DNA of 63,512 nt, filler included, from Octopus bimaculoides (GCF_001194135.2; 4 parts of 3 records of this genome joined end to end with filler, not necessarily neighbours in it), one strand, 5' to 3'; counted from the first letter of the whole stretch, positions 13,439-26,842 are shown. Notes: a model not told the origin generated them from the letters alone. Program-made: numbers and translations.

Positions 13439-13552
13439 TGGGGGCAGGGGGTCAATAAATATTGTGGGTGTGTGGGGGGTGATGCTTCTTCTTCTTCTTC
13501 ACCTTTTGCCTTGAAACCAAAGATGGTCATTTTTCTTCTAGTGCTGACTTAA

Positions 13553-13773
13553 CCCTTTGGTGTTTAAGCCGGCAATATCCGGCCCAAATATTCTACAGGA
13601 TTTACATTCAAACTGGCCATATCTAGCCTCTCACACCTAACCTACATTGACATTCTAAGAATAAACTGTCACACCATCGAAACTTCAAAGCTGTAAGATA
13701 ATGTATGATTAATTCAAAACAATTTGAGTGAAAACAGTATTACATTTAACAGATTAATCTGAACACTAAAGGG
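13553..13773. mobile_element. piggyBac-like MITE
   Basis: TTAA on both sides (13549-52, 13774-77); TIRs CCCTTTGGTGTTTA and CCCTTTAGTGTTCA. Confidence 0.75.
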
Positions 13774-14147
13774 TTAAGCTGCTCACAGTAGATCTTCTTT
13801 GTTATCGTTTGGATTAGGTTTAAAAGTTCAAAGTGGACTAAACCTTTCATATCCCACCATACAGATAACAACACCTTTGTGGATAATTTCTAGTCCAACC
13901 CATGCTAGCATGGAAAGCGGACGTTAAACGACGGTGATGATGATGATGATGATGATGATGAATGAATCAACCCCAGTACTTTTTGCTTAGCCTGGTACTT
14001 ACTTATTCTATCGGTCTCTTTTGTCAAACCACTAAATTACAGGGACAGGGATGTAAACACACCAACATTGGCTGTCAAGCAGCGGAAGTGGGGGGGGGAA
14101 CAGACACAAACACACACATACACACATGTACATGTACACACACATGT

Positions 14148-14217
<70 letters not shown>

Positions 14218-15610
14218 NNNNNNNNNNNNNNNNNNNNNNNNNNNNNNNNNNNNNNNNNNNNNNNNNNNNNNNNNNNNNNNNNNNNNNNNNNNNNNNNNNN
14301 NNNNNNNNNNNNNNNNNNNNNNNNNNNNNNNNNNNNNNNNNNNNNNNNNNNNNNNNNNNNNNNNNNNNNNNNNNNNNNNNNNNNNNNNNNNNNNNNNNNN
14401 NNNNNNNNNNNNNNNNNNNNNNNNNNNNNNNNNNNNNNNNNNNNNNNNNNNNNNNNNNNNNNNNNNNNNNNNNNNNNNNNNNNNNNNNNNNNNNNNNNNN
14501 NNNNNNNNNNNNNNNNNNNNNNNNNNNNNNNNNNNNNNNNNNNNNNNNNNNNNNNNNNNNNNNNNNNNNNNNNNNNNNNNNNNNNNNNNNNNNNNNNNNN
14601 NNNNNNNNNNNNNNNNNNNNNNNNNNNNNNNNNNNNNNNNNNNNNNNNNNNNNNNNNNNNNNNNNNNNNNNNNNNNNNNNNNNNNNNNNNNNNNNNNNNN
14701 NNNNNNNNNNNNNNNNNNNNNNNNNNNNNNNNNNNNNNNNNNNNNNNNNNNNNNNNNNNNNNNNNNNNNNNNNNNNNNNNNNNNNNNNNNNNNNNNNNNN
14801 NNNNNNNNNNNNNNNNNNNNNNNNNNNNNNNNNNNNNNNNNNNNNNNNNNNNNNNNNNNNNNNNNNNNNNNNNNNNNNNNNNNNNNNNNNNNNNNNNNNN
14901 NNNNNNNNNNNNNNNNNNNNNNNNNNNNNNNNNNNNNNNNNNNNNNNNNNNNNNNNNNNNNNNNNNNNNNNNNNNNNNNNNNNNNNNNNNNNNNNNNNNN
15001 NNNNNNNNNNNNNNNNNNNNNNNNNNNNNNNNNNNNNNNNNNNNNNNNNNNNNNNNNNNNNNNNNNNNNNNNNNNNNNNNNNNNNNNNNNNNNNNNNNNN
15101 NNNNNNNNNNNNNNNNNNNNNNNNNNNNNNNNNNNNNNNNNNNNNNNNNNNNNNNNNNNNNNNTATTTTGTTTGCACGTATTATTGTTGAGGTAAAGAAA
15201 AAGCTTCTTATATTTTTCTTCTCCAGAATAACGAAAGGTTTTTGAAGCAGATTATAATTACTCTGATAAAATATAGGAATTTGTGAAATGCATTCGCTTG
15301 CGAGAAGCGTTGGTAAGATGAGAGTGACAGGGTATTGATTTTTTATGTGACACGATAGAGAACCCAATTTTAGAGTGGAGAGGGATATATTGAAGTGGCT
15401 GGCTGGATGGATTGATGGAGGGAGAGAGAGAGAGGGGGAGAGAGGGAGAGAGAGGGAGAGAGAGACACACAGATAGACAGAAAGATACACACACACACAG
15501 ATAAATAGATAGATAGATAGATAGATAGATAAATGGAGAGAAAGGGAGAGGTAGAGGGAGAGAGAGACAGAGACACACAGATAGACAGAAAGATACACAC
15601 ACACACACAC

Positions 15611-15688
<78 letters not shown>

Positions 15689-15877
15689 TCATGCAGACAG
15701 ACAGATTGACAAACAGACAGAAGGACAGACAGACAGACAGACAGACAGATATATTTCAATAAATGAAATACGAGTATTATGCATATTGTAAAATGTTTTA
15801 ACCTTGTATTTTACCAATAAATAAAATATATATAAGCCGTTGTCTTTATATAACGATTTTGTTACAGAAATATGGGC

Positions 15878-15932
<55 letters not shown>

Positions 15933-16605
15933 TCGGGGTGGGAAAGAGAGAAAGTAGTATATATGAGCGATAAGTATATTCAACACTAGTAGCACAAATA
16001 AGCACCACTGATGCACTGGATACTCAGAAGTACAAGTTATTTTTTAAAACATTTTGATTAATGCCTGAAACAAAATAAGAAAATTAAATGAATCTAAATT
16101 ATCATGTTCAAACAAATCCAGGAAAATAGTCAATACGAAACATCTTTACGGGTTAGAAATAGCAGTCAAATCTCCGCTAAGTCACATTTCACAATCCTGT
16201 AAAAAGGACAAAACACATTACATAGTATTTATTGATATACAAAAAGTTGGGATGGCTACGGCTCGAATAGTATTGATTGTATATCTTCTTCATCTGAAGT
16301 GAAGTTAGCTTTGCTCTCTTTTAAAATTAAAATTTGCAAAAATATATGAAAATAATCCATAATTTTTTTTTCTTAGTCTCGTGTCTGTCCTTGCTGTTCT
16401 TTTCCGTATCCCGTGTGACGATGACAGTGCATTTGCCGCATGGAGGTAGACATCGTCTGCTTCAGTCAATGTCGTCTGCTATTTCGTAATAACATGATGA
16501 TAGATTTATATTTATTTTGAAGGACAATAGATGGATAGAATTGTCAGAGTGCTTGATGAAATGTTCAAATATTATCTAGTTTTAGTGACTAAAGTCCTTA
16601 CTTAC

Positions 16606-16772
16606 TGAAGGAAATTTGCTTCCCAACTACATGGTCCTGGGTTCAATTCCATTGAGTGGCACCTTCAGCAAGTGTCTTGTATTCTATTCTGGGTCAACCA
16701 AAGCCTTGTGAGTGGTTTTGGTAGATGGAAACTGAAAGAAGCCCATCATATATATATATATATATATATATT

Positions 16773-16807
<35 letters not shown>

Positions 16808-17148
16808 ATGTGTGTGTGTGTATATCACTGTGTGGTACCTTGGACAAGTGTCCTCTACTATAGCCTCGGGCCAACCAAAGCCTTGTGAGTGAATTTGGAA
16901 ACTGAAAGAAGCCCATAATACATATATATATGTATTTGTGTGTCTGTGTTTGTCCACCACCACCACCATTGCTTGACAACCAATGTTGGTGTGCTTACAT
17001 CCCCATAACTTAGCAGTTTGGCAAAAGAGACTGATAGAATAAGTACTAGGCTTACAAAGAACAAGTCTTGGGGTTGATTTGTTCGACTAAAGTCAGTGCT
17101 CCAGCATGGCCGCAGTTAAATGACTGAAGCAAGTAAAAGAATAAAAGA
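16606..17148 (+). mobile_element. Family A SINE with duplicated CORE segment
   Basis: CORE block 'accttggacaagtgtc...gaaagaagccc' occurs at about 16660-16745 and again at about 16836-16915, followed by the tail. Confidence 0.8.
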
Positions 17149-17246
17149 AAATATATAGCAATGTGTGTGGGTGTGTCTGTGTTTGTCTTCCATCACTGCT
17201 TGACAACCAGTGTTGGTGTGTTTGCATCCCCATAACTTAGTGGTTT

Positions 17247-17815
17247 GGTGGGCAGCATGAGACATGGCTGATCATCAGGTGGGCCGCATGAGACATGGCT
17301 GATCATCAGGTGGACCGCATGAGACATGGAGGATCATCAGGTGGGCCACATGAGACATGGATGATCATCAGGTGGGCCACATAAAACATGGCTGATCATC
17401 AGGTGGGCTGCATGAGACATGGAGGATCATCAGGTGGGCCACATGAGACATGGTTGAACATCAGGTGGGCCACATAAAACATGGCTGATCATCAGGTGGG
17501 CTGCATGAGACATGGAGGATCATCAAGTGGGCCACATGAGACATGGTTGATCATCAGGTAGGCCACATAAAACATGGCTGATCATCAGGTGGGCTGCATG
17601 AGACATGGAGGATCATCAGGTGGGCCACATGAGGCATCGCTGATCATCAGGTGGGCAGCATGAGACATGGAGGATCATCAGGTGGGCCACATGAGGCATG
17701 GATGATCATCAAGTGGGCCACATGAGACATGGTTGATCATCAGGTGGGCCACATAAAACATGGTTGATCATCAGGTGGATCGCATGAGACATGGTTGATC
17801 ATCAGGTGGGCCACA
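17247..17815 (+). repeat. 31-bp minisatellite, ~18 copies, with 93-bp higher-order structure
   Basis: Unit catgagacatggctgatcatcaggtgggccg; the 'ataaaa' variant recurs at 17381, 17474, 17567 and 17753. Confidence 0.95.
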
Positions 17816-18481
17816 CTATTAAAAAATATTCAAGGTAATTTTTATTTGATGTGCCATTCAGAAAGTCCTGTGTGCCACATGCTGGTTGTGGTCCAACATG
17901 TTGCCTACAACTGCACTATACAGTTGCTAGAAAAAGCAGCCAATCTCCTTGACATCATACCATACTTCCTCAAATAAAGAAGGATACATTGGATATACAT
18001 ACAAATAAATAAATAAATAATGGGCTGGATAGTCATGGCTGGAACATTTTACCTATAAGTTTTTCTATGGATATGTTACCTCAAGGGTTTGTATGCTCTG
18101 GCTCCTTGTCACCTTAATGGTTGTCTCTCAGGCCCCAGCCACCCATACATAGTTCTTTCAAGTATAGGCACAAAGCCAGCAATTTTAGTGGAAGGGTGGG
18201 TGGTGGTAAGTCTATTACACCGACCCCAGTGCTTGGCCGGTTCATATTTTATCGACCCTGAATATATTGGATGAAAGGCAGAGCCAACTTTGAAGGGATT
18301 TGAACACAGAACTTAGAACTGGAAGAAAAGCCCCCAAGTCCTTTGCCAATTACACAGACCCCTCTGCTCAAATGATACTTATTTTGTGTAGCACCTTGGG
18401 CAAGTGTCTTCTACTATAGCCTCAAACCAACCAAAGCCTTGTGAGTGGATTTGGCTGATGGAGACTGAAAGAAGCATATTG

Positions 18482-18517
<36 letters not shown>

Positions 18518-20599
18518 NNNNNNNNNNNNNNNNNNNNNNNNNNNNNNNNNNNNNNNNNNNNNNNNNNNNNNNNNNNNNNNNNNNNNNNNNNNNNNNNNNN
18601 NNNNNNNNNNNNNNNNNNNNNNNNNNNNNNNNNNNNNNNNNNNNNNNNNNNNNNNNNNNNNNNNNNNNNNNNNNNNNNNNNNNNNNNNNNNNNNNNNNNN
18701 NNNNNNNNNNNNNNNNNNNNNNNNNNNNNNNNNNNNNNNNNNNNNNNNNNNNNNNNNNNNNNNNNNNNNNNNNNNNNNNNNNNNNNNNNNNNNNNNNNNN
18801 NNNNNNNNNNNNNNNNNNNNNNNNNNNNNNNNNNNNNNNNNNNNNNNNNNNNNNNNNNNNNNNNNNNNNNNNNNNNNNNNNNNNNNNNNNNNNNNNNNNN
18901 NNNNNNNNNNNNNNNNNNNNNNNNNNNNNNNNNNNNNNNNNNNNNNNNNNNNNNNNNNNNNNNNNNNNNNNNNNNNNNNNNNNNNNNNNNNNNNNNNNNN
19001 NNNNNNNNNNNNNNNNNNNNNNNNNNNNNNNNNNNNNNNNNNNNNNNNNNNNNNNNNNNNNNNNNNNNNNNNNNNNNNNNNNNNNNNNNNNNNNNNNNNN
19101 NNNNNNNNNNNNNNNNNNNNNNNNNNNNNNNNNNNNNNNNNNNNNNNNNNNNNNNNNNNNNNNNNNNNNNNNNNNNNNNNNNNNNNNNNNNNNNNNNNNN
19201 NNNNNNNNNNNNNNNNNNNNNNNNNNNNNNNNNNNNNNNNNNNNNNNNNNNNNNNNNNNNNNNNNNNNNNNNNNNNNNNNNNNNNNNNNNNNNNNNNNNN
19301 NNNNNNNNNNNNNNNNNNNNNNNNNNNNNNNNNNNNNNNNNNNNNNNNNNNNNNNNNNNNNNNNNNNNNNNNNNNNNNNNNNNNNNNNNNNNNNNNNNNN
19401 NNNNNNNNNNNNNNNNNNNNNNNNNNNNNNNATATATATATATATATATACGACGGGCTTCTTTCAGTTTCCATCTACCAAATCCACTCACAAGGCTTTG
19501 GTTGGCCCGAGGCTATAGTAGAAGACACTTGCCCAAGGTGCCACGATTATATTGCGTGGGCCCCCCAAATTCTTATATGGGCCCTGGTTGAGGACCATTA
19601 CTCTACATTATCCTGTATACAAGGCATCCACCCTTCCTGGTGCCAGCCAATGACTTGCATTCCCTCAAAGGGATGAGTGAGAGAGAGAGAGAGACAATCT
19701 CTGTTGTGCTGGTGCCACAAAATAGGTTCAGTACATCCTATAAAGGGATTGGTAAACTGAGCAGAGAATTATAGGGGTTTGGTGCCCTAGCGAAGTGGAA
19801 GGTGACAGGAAGTGCATCAAGCCATATTAACCAAGTCAAATGACATGAATGAGCATCAGTCTATGGAAGTAATGGCTCCCAACAGATGACTTGGACGATT
19901 GTGGCGTCGCATCAAACTTATGCTAGCATGGAGAGGAGACAGGAAAATAATGATGATTATGATGATGATGATGACAGCACATACACACATGTATACACAT
20001 ACATGCATGCGTGCGTGCGTGCATGTGCGCATTCATACATTAATATAATGTAAATGAAATGTGTGAGTAAACAAAACTGAATGGCTAGTTTAAAATAACA
20101 CCACACCCATTTCAATAGTGTGGTTTATTTCGAATACAAATCCATTATGTTATTCATTAGGTAACATTACATGAATTCTTATTGTTCAGTAGCCACCAGC
20201 TCATCTCACTGGATGATATTCCAGTGAATATGTAGGCTATCATCATCATCATCATCAGCATCATTATCATGATTTAGCAGCCGTTTTCCATGCTGGGCAT
20301 AGATTGGAAGGTTTGAAAGAAGCTGACAAGCTGGAGGTAATATTTGTCTGTTATGGCATAGTTTCTGTTATTGGATGCCCTTGCTAATGCCAACTGTTTT
20401 ACGGTGTACTGGGTGTGTTTTACGGGACACCAGCATGAGTGTGCCTTCTAAGTGATGCCAGCATGGGTGTTTTTTTTATGTGGTCCTAACATGGGTGGGT
20501 GTTTTTACACAGGTGCTTTTTATGTGGTGGTCACACAGGTAAGATATTCCAGGTATGGAAGCAAAACCTGGAACCAAAGAACCTCATATTTCATTTAGC

Positions 20600-20770
20600 A
20601 AAGCTGTATCGGCCTTTGCCTTTCCCTTGGATAACATCGGTGGCATGAAAAGGGGAGGCTGGCATGCATGGGCGACTGCTGGTCTTCCATAAACGACCTT
20701 GCCTGGACTTGTGCTTTGGAGGGGAACTTTCTAGGTGCAATCCCATGGTCAGTCATGACTGAGGGGGGTG
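20600..20770 (+). mobile_element. Family D SINE 3' fragment
   Basis: High identity to 5878-6050. Confidence 0.8.
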
Positions 20771-20915
20771 CCTTTATCTTTTACTCTTTATATCTATATA
20801 TGTATGATGAACTCTCTTGTATTGGGCACACAAAAACCCCAAAATTTGAGATTTTTCTTTCCTTTAATTTTCCTTTCCCGGATGATTTTGATAAAAAGTG
20901 GGGTATGCGCGAAAT

Positions 20916-20981
<66 letters not shown>

Positions 20982-21090
20982 CAACAGGCTTCTTTCAGTT
21001 TCTATCTACTAAATCCATTCACAAGGCTTTGGTTAGCCTGAGGCTATAGTAGAAGACATTTGCCCAAGCTATAGTAGAAGACACTTGTGA

Positions 21091-21320
21091 AGGCGGTGAG
21101 CTGGCAGAAACGTTAGCACGCCGGGCGAAATGCTTAGTGGTATTTTGTCTGCCGCTACGTCCTGAGTTCAAATTCCACCAAGCTCCACTTTGCCTTTCAT
21201 CCTTTCGGGGTCGATTAAATAAGTACCAGTTACGTACTGGGGTCGATGTAATTGACTTAATCCCTTTGTCTGTCCTTGTTTGTCCCCTTTATGTTTAGCC
21301 CCCTTGTGGGCAATAAAGAA
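21091..21320 (+). mobile_element. tRNA-derived SINE, family C (GGCGGTGAGCTGGCAGAA...)
   Basis: B-box-like GAGTTCAAATTCC; homologous copies at about 27620-27765 (-), 42008-42232, 43765-43957 and 62593-62945. Confidence 0.75.
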
Positions 21321-22192
21321 TTGCACCCTGAATATATTTGTATGTATATACATATGGAGATGACTAAAGAGCAAGATATCTGGCGCTTTGCTGTACTCAA
21401 GATGGTTCATCTGCCAGAGCAGAGTTGACAGTGGTGCTGGTGCCACATAAAAAGCATCCAGTACACTTTGTGGAGTGGTTGGCATTAGGAAGGGCATCCA
21501 GCTGTTGAAACCATACCAAGACAGACAATAGAGTCTGGTGCAGCCCCTGGCCTTGTCAGCTCTTGTCAAGCAGTCCAACCCATGCCAGCAGAGAAAATAG
21601 ACGCTAAATTATGATAATGATGATGATGTGTGTGTGTTTGTGTCTTGATATCGAGTGATAGATATAAAAATGAGTGTCACTGTCATACAAGCAGTGTCGT
21701 TCAGGCCATGGGAAAAATATTACTTTACTTGGAAGCTCGGAAACTGACGAGGATTGGCAACAGGAAGAGCACCATCCAGCCATAGAAAATCTGCCTCAAA
21801 TGAACTCCGTCCGACCCATGCGAGCAAGGAAAAGTGGACGTTAAATAATGCTGATGACGACGACAATGATTTTCATATTATTTCCAATATATAAAACCCC
21901 TTAACATTTGAAGCAAAAAAAAACTGTTTCGTCTGAATGAAGAAACGATCGTCACATGTTTGTAAGTGCTTGTGTGTGTGCATGCGTATGTGTGCATCCA
22001 CACACATCCACATACGCACACTAAATTTGGAGCCGTCTCGTACACATGCGCTCATTAAATACCAGAAAGACAGCAAGCAGTAATAAATCTAACAACAGCC
22101 AATATTGGTGTTACAAACGACAATGATGTTCCGAACAAAACAAGGAATCTTTACTTGTTGATTCGTCGTAGATGGTTTACGCTGGAGAGGAG

Positions 22193-22200
22193 TATAAAAG
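22193..22200 (+). promoter_or_regulatory. Candidate TATA box (TATAAAAG) in CpG-retaining unique sequence ~3.9 kb upstream of the PKC ATG
   Basis: Consensus match followed about 25-30 nt later by a pyrimidine-rich stretch; motif match only. Confidence 0.25.
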
Positions 22201-22288
22201 ACTGCACTTCTAACTCTTTTACCGCTCCTCTCTGCCTCTCTCGCCATCTGTATACGCGCACATATACACACCGACCTACCTGCCTACC

Positions 22289-22319
<31 letters not shown>

Positions 22320-22492
22320 GTATGTATGTGTGTGTATGCATGTATATATATTACATACATACAGTTGTTATGTTTAAAATTCTAAAACACTGACGCTCCT
22401 TCGTGCATTTATAGTTGGACACATAGATGCGTTGACGAAGGGATGAACAGAAATCTAGTTTAGACTAGCGTGTTTGTGTGTGTGTATATATA

Positions 22493-22531
<39 letters not shown>

Positions 22532-22661
22532 CAACCGTTTTCATGTCTAACATACCGATGCTAGTTCGGTGCTCTACCAGTGTCTTTGACACATCTTCGC
22601 AGTCCGAAATAACACTCGCAAATATTTAGCAGCCACGAACATTTTTCGTGATAACAATAAC

Positions 22662-22702
<41 letters not shown>

Positions 22703-25096
22703 GTAATAATAATAGTAATATAGCTAAAATAAACGTGACAGAAAACAGCTTACGAAGCTTCGAAGAAGAAGAAGAGAAAAAGCTACACTCCAGCATTAAT
22801 AACAAACATTAAAAACCAAACCAAAAACGGAATGGTTCCATTGAAATTGCCAGGATATACATTAAAAAAACAAACAAACAAAAGAAAGGACAGAGGAATT
22901 CTTTAACACAACAGCATTTTTATTCAAGCGGCCACCTTTCCCATCTATAAATTCTTGCAACCAACAGTTATCTTATACACGATACACTCATATATATATA
23001 TATACACATATAATATATATATATATAATATATATATATATACATATAATATAATATATATATATATAATATAGCATAATATATATTATAGTATAATATA
23101 TAGAGAGATATAATACAACATATATATATAATATAATACTATATATATATATATATATATATATGATATAATATATATCTGACGAAGGATATCATAATTT
23201 TTTTAAAAAACGAATTGAGGAAAGCCTTTCGTCATTGTATTTTTGAAATATATGATGTTATTTCATTTGCTTCTTTCTCAAAGACATCTTTTACCATAAT
23301 ATCTTTCGTTTATTTTTGCTTCCATCGTTACGTCCACTGCCTTCGCAGAATCTTTCTAGACTTTTTTTTTTTTTACTTCGGCTCTGTGTCAAGGTTTACA
23401 GCGAGATTTTTTTATCTCTCCGAAACCTACATTCTTGCAGGAATCCTGTGTATATTTGGACATATTATACGAAATGGTTCTAGGTGCGGGTGCCCCGTCT
23501 TCCTTCCAAAACCTCACCCTGCGTCAACCCCAGCTAACTCAGCGCCACTGATTCTATTTTCTATGACAAATTTTAAATCTACAAATATTCAATATTTTTT
23601 CTATTTGCATTGGATCCAAAAAATAAGAATTAAAAAATTGGTGAACATTGAAAAAATAAAGAAATGATAATACGTAATATTTTAGAATAATATTTAATTA
23701 TATAATTATAGTTATAATAAATGTAATTATTTTTTCGTTGTTGAGAAATCAAGTTGAATTTAATTCGGTATAGATTTTATAATATATATGTATTAAAAAA
23801 AATTAATTGAAATGTCCTGCTAGTTGAAATTCACAGCAGAAATCTTTGCTAAAGAATCGGTCATTATGGAAAGTTCGAGATGGCATAATTCTACCTCTTA
23901 GATTTTTCTGTCCATTCTTATTCCTGATAGTAATTGAGCGGGTAAATTTATATAATTCTGTGCTAGAATCTAGACAAATAGAAATATATATAGATAGATA
24001 GATTTATATACAAAGATATATTTATAAATATATAATTACTGGTTGTAGCAGAAATTTTGGAGAAAATTAGATTGCCAATCGAGGCCTTTCCGTCAGTATT
24101 TGAGATAGACCTTGAATAAAAGTCTGCAGTCTCTGTGTAGCAGTATATATTCCATCAGCTTCCTCTTAATTTCGCCTTTTAGCAGAAACAGGGCGAAAAT
24201 AATTAAAGACTTTCTTTTATTGTAAGAAATCAATTCTCTTAGCGTATGGAGGAAGGAATTAAGGGTTAAACGAAGCACATGTGCACTCACACATATTAAT
24301 GTTCACCAACGTAATCTTCCATACTTCCAACTAGTTCCAATATTTGGGGGAGAGAGAAAGAAACAGAGAGGGGAAAGAGAGATAGAAGCTTTCTTATGTT
24401 CTACCATTCCGTCGATTTGGTGGAGTCGAACTGTCAATGCATACACACATTGATATTGTATACGTAATTTCTAGGAGAAAGGTCTCCATTCGGGTGTGTA
24501 AAGGTGGCCCTGTCGACTGGGAAAAAAATCGGGGCTAGAGGGGGGACCTTTAGAGATATAAAAAAAATATGACAGAAAGGTCATTATGCTGATATCTCAA
24601 ATCGGAGAACGATTGTTATCCCCTTTCGTCGACAATCGTATATGTCCCTGTTTGTGTCATGGATCCAAACAGCTTCCATCTAAGCTGGCTCGAAATCTAA
24701 TCAAAGAAGCAAGCATCTATTTTCTGTATTATCGACATTATTATATATTCTGGAGAAATTTCTTGAAAATCTCCCTCGCGAAACGGAATTGTTTGTAACC
24801 TCGGGATATTCGTCTTTATATTTTATAATAATTGTTTATCTGTCGGATGCATCATTATTTCAAAACGAAGCTTGGAGGAAAATCTAAATTTATGAGAACT
24901 GAATTCAAATTATTTAAAAAGAAAAGAAATATTGAACGAAAGAGAAAAAAACTAAAAGAAAAAACAAACGGAGAACCACCTAAAAACAGTCTACCAAAAT
25001 ATTTCAAAAGCTAACCTTTCCTTAAATTTGTGAAACCTACAGATATATTTAATATCATTATTACTTAATTATTGCTATTATTACTTATTATTGCTA

Positions 25097-25139
<43 letters not shown>

Positions 25140-26141
25140 TTCAATTTGTTGTTGGATGTGATGTAAATGGTTTTATTTTACAAGATATTTCTCTCTGATT
25201 TCCCCCGCCCAAAAATTGAAGCTAATTAAAACATTGATCTAAAAGCTAACTAACCTCTTGTTAACTATTAAGATCATTCGTGAAAAAAAATATTTTTCGT
25301 CCCGTTGGCTGTGAAGAGAGAAATAAGGAAGTAATCTGTCTACAGACATACTGCTATACACATACACGCGCATACACAAAGATATATACACATATATATA
25401 TATATATTTATTTATTTATATATATACGTGTGTGTGTGTGTTACGTTGGAGGTTATCGCGCTGAGCTGTGGTTTTATTTAAAAAAACAAAAAACAATTCG
25501 ACTTTGGTGAGATGGAAGTAAGACCGCTAAAGAAGCAGTAAGGACTTTTTTAATAAGAATTGGAGGAATTTTATTTGCAGGAGTAAAATAACGGGCAAAG
25601 TGGTGACATAACTGAGAATATGAAATAGAAATTTCATGTAAAATTTCAAGAAAATCTAACCGGGAAGTGAGGGAGACGTAGAACAGTTGTCATTAACTTG
25701 CAAGTGCACGGAGAGAGAAGAAATAGTAATTAGTATAAGGGAGGGGTAAATAATTGAGGTAGAGAGGGTGAGAAATAGAACGGAGAAATGCGGGGAATGG
25801 TGAGAGGAAGTTGATGCAGTGTAGAAGAAGTGGCAAAGTAGTAGTAGTAAAGTAGACGTCTGGAAGAGCGAGTAGACCGAGTGACGAAGGTGCAGGTGAA
25901 AAGGGAGAAGGAAGAGGTTACTAGGAGAAGAAGGGGAGAACTGAAAGTAGAGGTGAGAGGGGGAAAGAACATTGTTAGAGGAGCGAAGCAAAACAGAAAG
26001 TTTTTTCCTTCTCTTTTTTTCCCCTCATTTTTCTTCCCCCTTTTTTTTTCCAATTTTTTTCCCTAACTAACAATTAAGATCAAATCAAGGAACAAAGTAA
26101 GAAAGTCTACGGAGAAAAGAAGACAGAAGAAACAGGCGAAA

Positions 26142-26468
26142 ATGGTCTACTTTAGTGGATCTCTCAAACTGATGGTGCTGGAAGCGAAAGATTTACGGCC
26201 AACGGACTTCGCGACCAGACACCAAATGAACAAGCTAACCCAAATAGACCCTTACATTTCTATAGACATAGACGACGTCCTAATTGCCCGGACTCAGTCC
26301 AAATCAAAGACCAACAGACCGGTATGGAACGAGAATTTCCAGACAGAGGTGCACAACGGCCAAATCATTGGACTAACAGTTTTCCACGATGCTGCAATTC
26401 CTCCGGACGAATTTGTCGCTAATTGCTTTTTACCACTGGAGGAATTCAAGACAAACCCCGACAGCTGG
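26142..26468 (+). CDS. PRKCE: First coding exon (109 aa, novel-type C2 domain) of a Ca2+-independent protein kinase C, epsilon/eta subfamily (Aplysia Apl II-like)
   Basis: Translation MVYFSGSLKLMVLEAKDLRPT...DPYISIDIDD...KTNRPVWNENF...LTVFHDAAIPPDEFVANC...PDSW matches the nPKC-epsilon C2 motifs (MVxFxG, EAxxLxPT, DPY, FHDAxIxxDxFVANC). ATG at 26142 in A-rich context. Homology stops at a phase-0 donor TGG|GTAAGT (26469); the ORF-track extension to 26651 is intronic read-through. Symbol is by family recognition; invertebrates have one epsilon/eta co-orthologue. Confidence 0.95.
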
Positions 26469-26474
26469 GTAAGT
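26469..26474 (+). other. 5' splice donor of PKC intron 1
   Basis: Consensus G|GTAAGT immediately after the conserved Trp that precedes xDLEP in nPKC C2 domains; AT-rich low-complexity sequence follows. Confidence 0.9.
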
Positions 26475-26752
26475 CAATTCTCTCCATATATACATATATT
26501 TTTTTCTAAACATACATCCATGCACATAAACACATACATGTGCATTTTTGTTGACTACATTTACAATTTTTTTTATTCTTTCATTATTTTTTTTTTCCAT
26601 TCCTTCTTTGTTTTTTTTCTCTTATTTCTTTTATTTCTTTTTTTCCCTTGAATATTCTTCATTTCATAATTTCATTCTCTGGGGGCGAAAATGTCGCCAG
26701 ATTCCCGCAGATTTTTCTATTATTTTATTACATAAATATACACATACATATC

Positions 26753-26786
<34 letters not shown>

Positions 26787-26830
26787 NNNNNNNNNNNNNN
26801 NNNNNNNNNNNNNNNNNNNNNNNNNNNNNN

Positions 26831-26842
26831 TTAATTAATTAA
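26831..26842. other. Assembly linker TTAATTAATTAA inside a 100-bp N gap (also 50556-50567 and 60803-60814)
   Basis: Identical 12-mer with stops in all six frames, embedded in N runs three times; not biological. Confidence 0.95.

Noticed and set aside
17247-17815. Regular ~31-bp array as a possible CRISPR
   Set aside because: Units are directly adjacent with no unique spacers; no cas genes; eukaryotic context.
23179-23430. CTGACGAAGG ... CCGAAAC pair
   Set aside because: The halves are about 230 nt apart with no convincing closing stems.
25881-26066. 61-aa uORF in frame with PKC
   Set aside because: GTG start, purine-rich low complexity, and it terminates before the exon.
26469-26651. ORF-track extension of the PKC ORF to 169 aa
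   Set aside because: Homology ends at a consensus donor; the rest is Phe/Ile-rich intronic low complexity.
26831-26842. TTAATTAATTAA as a recurrent palindromic site
   Set aside because: Always centred in N runs; a scaffolding linker.
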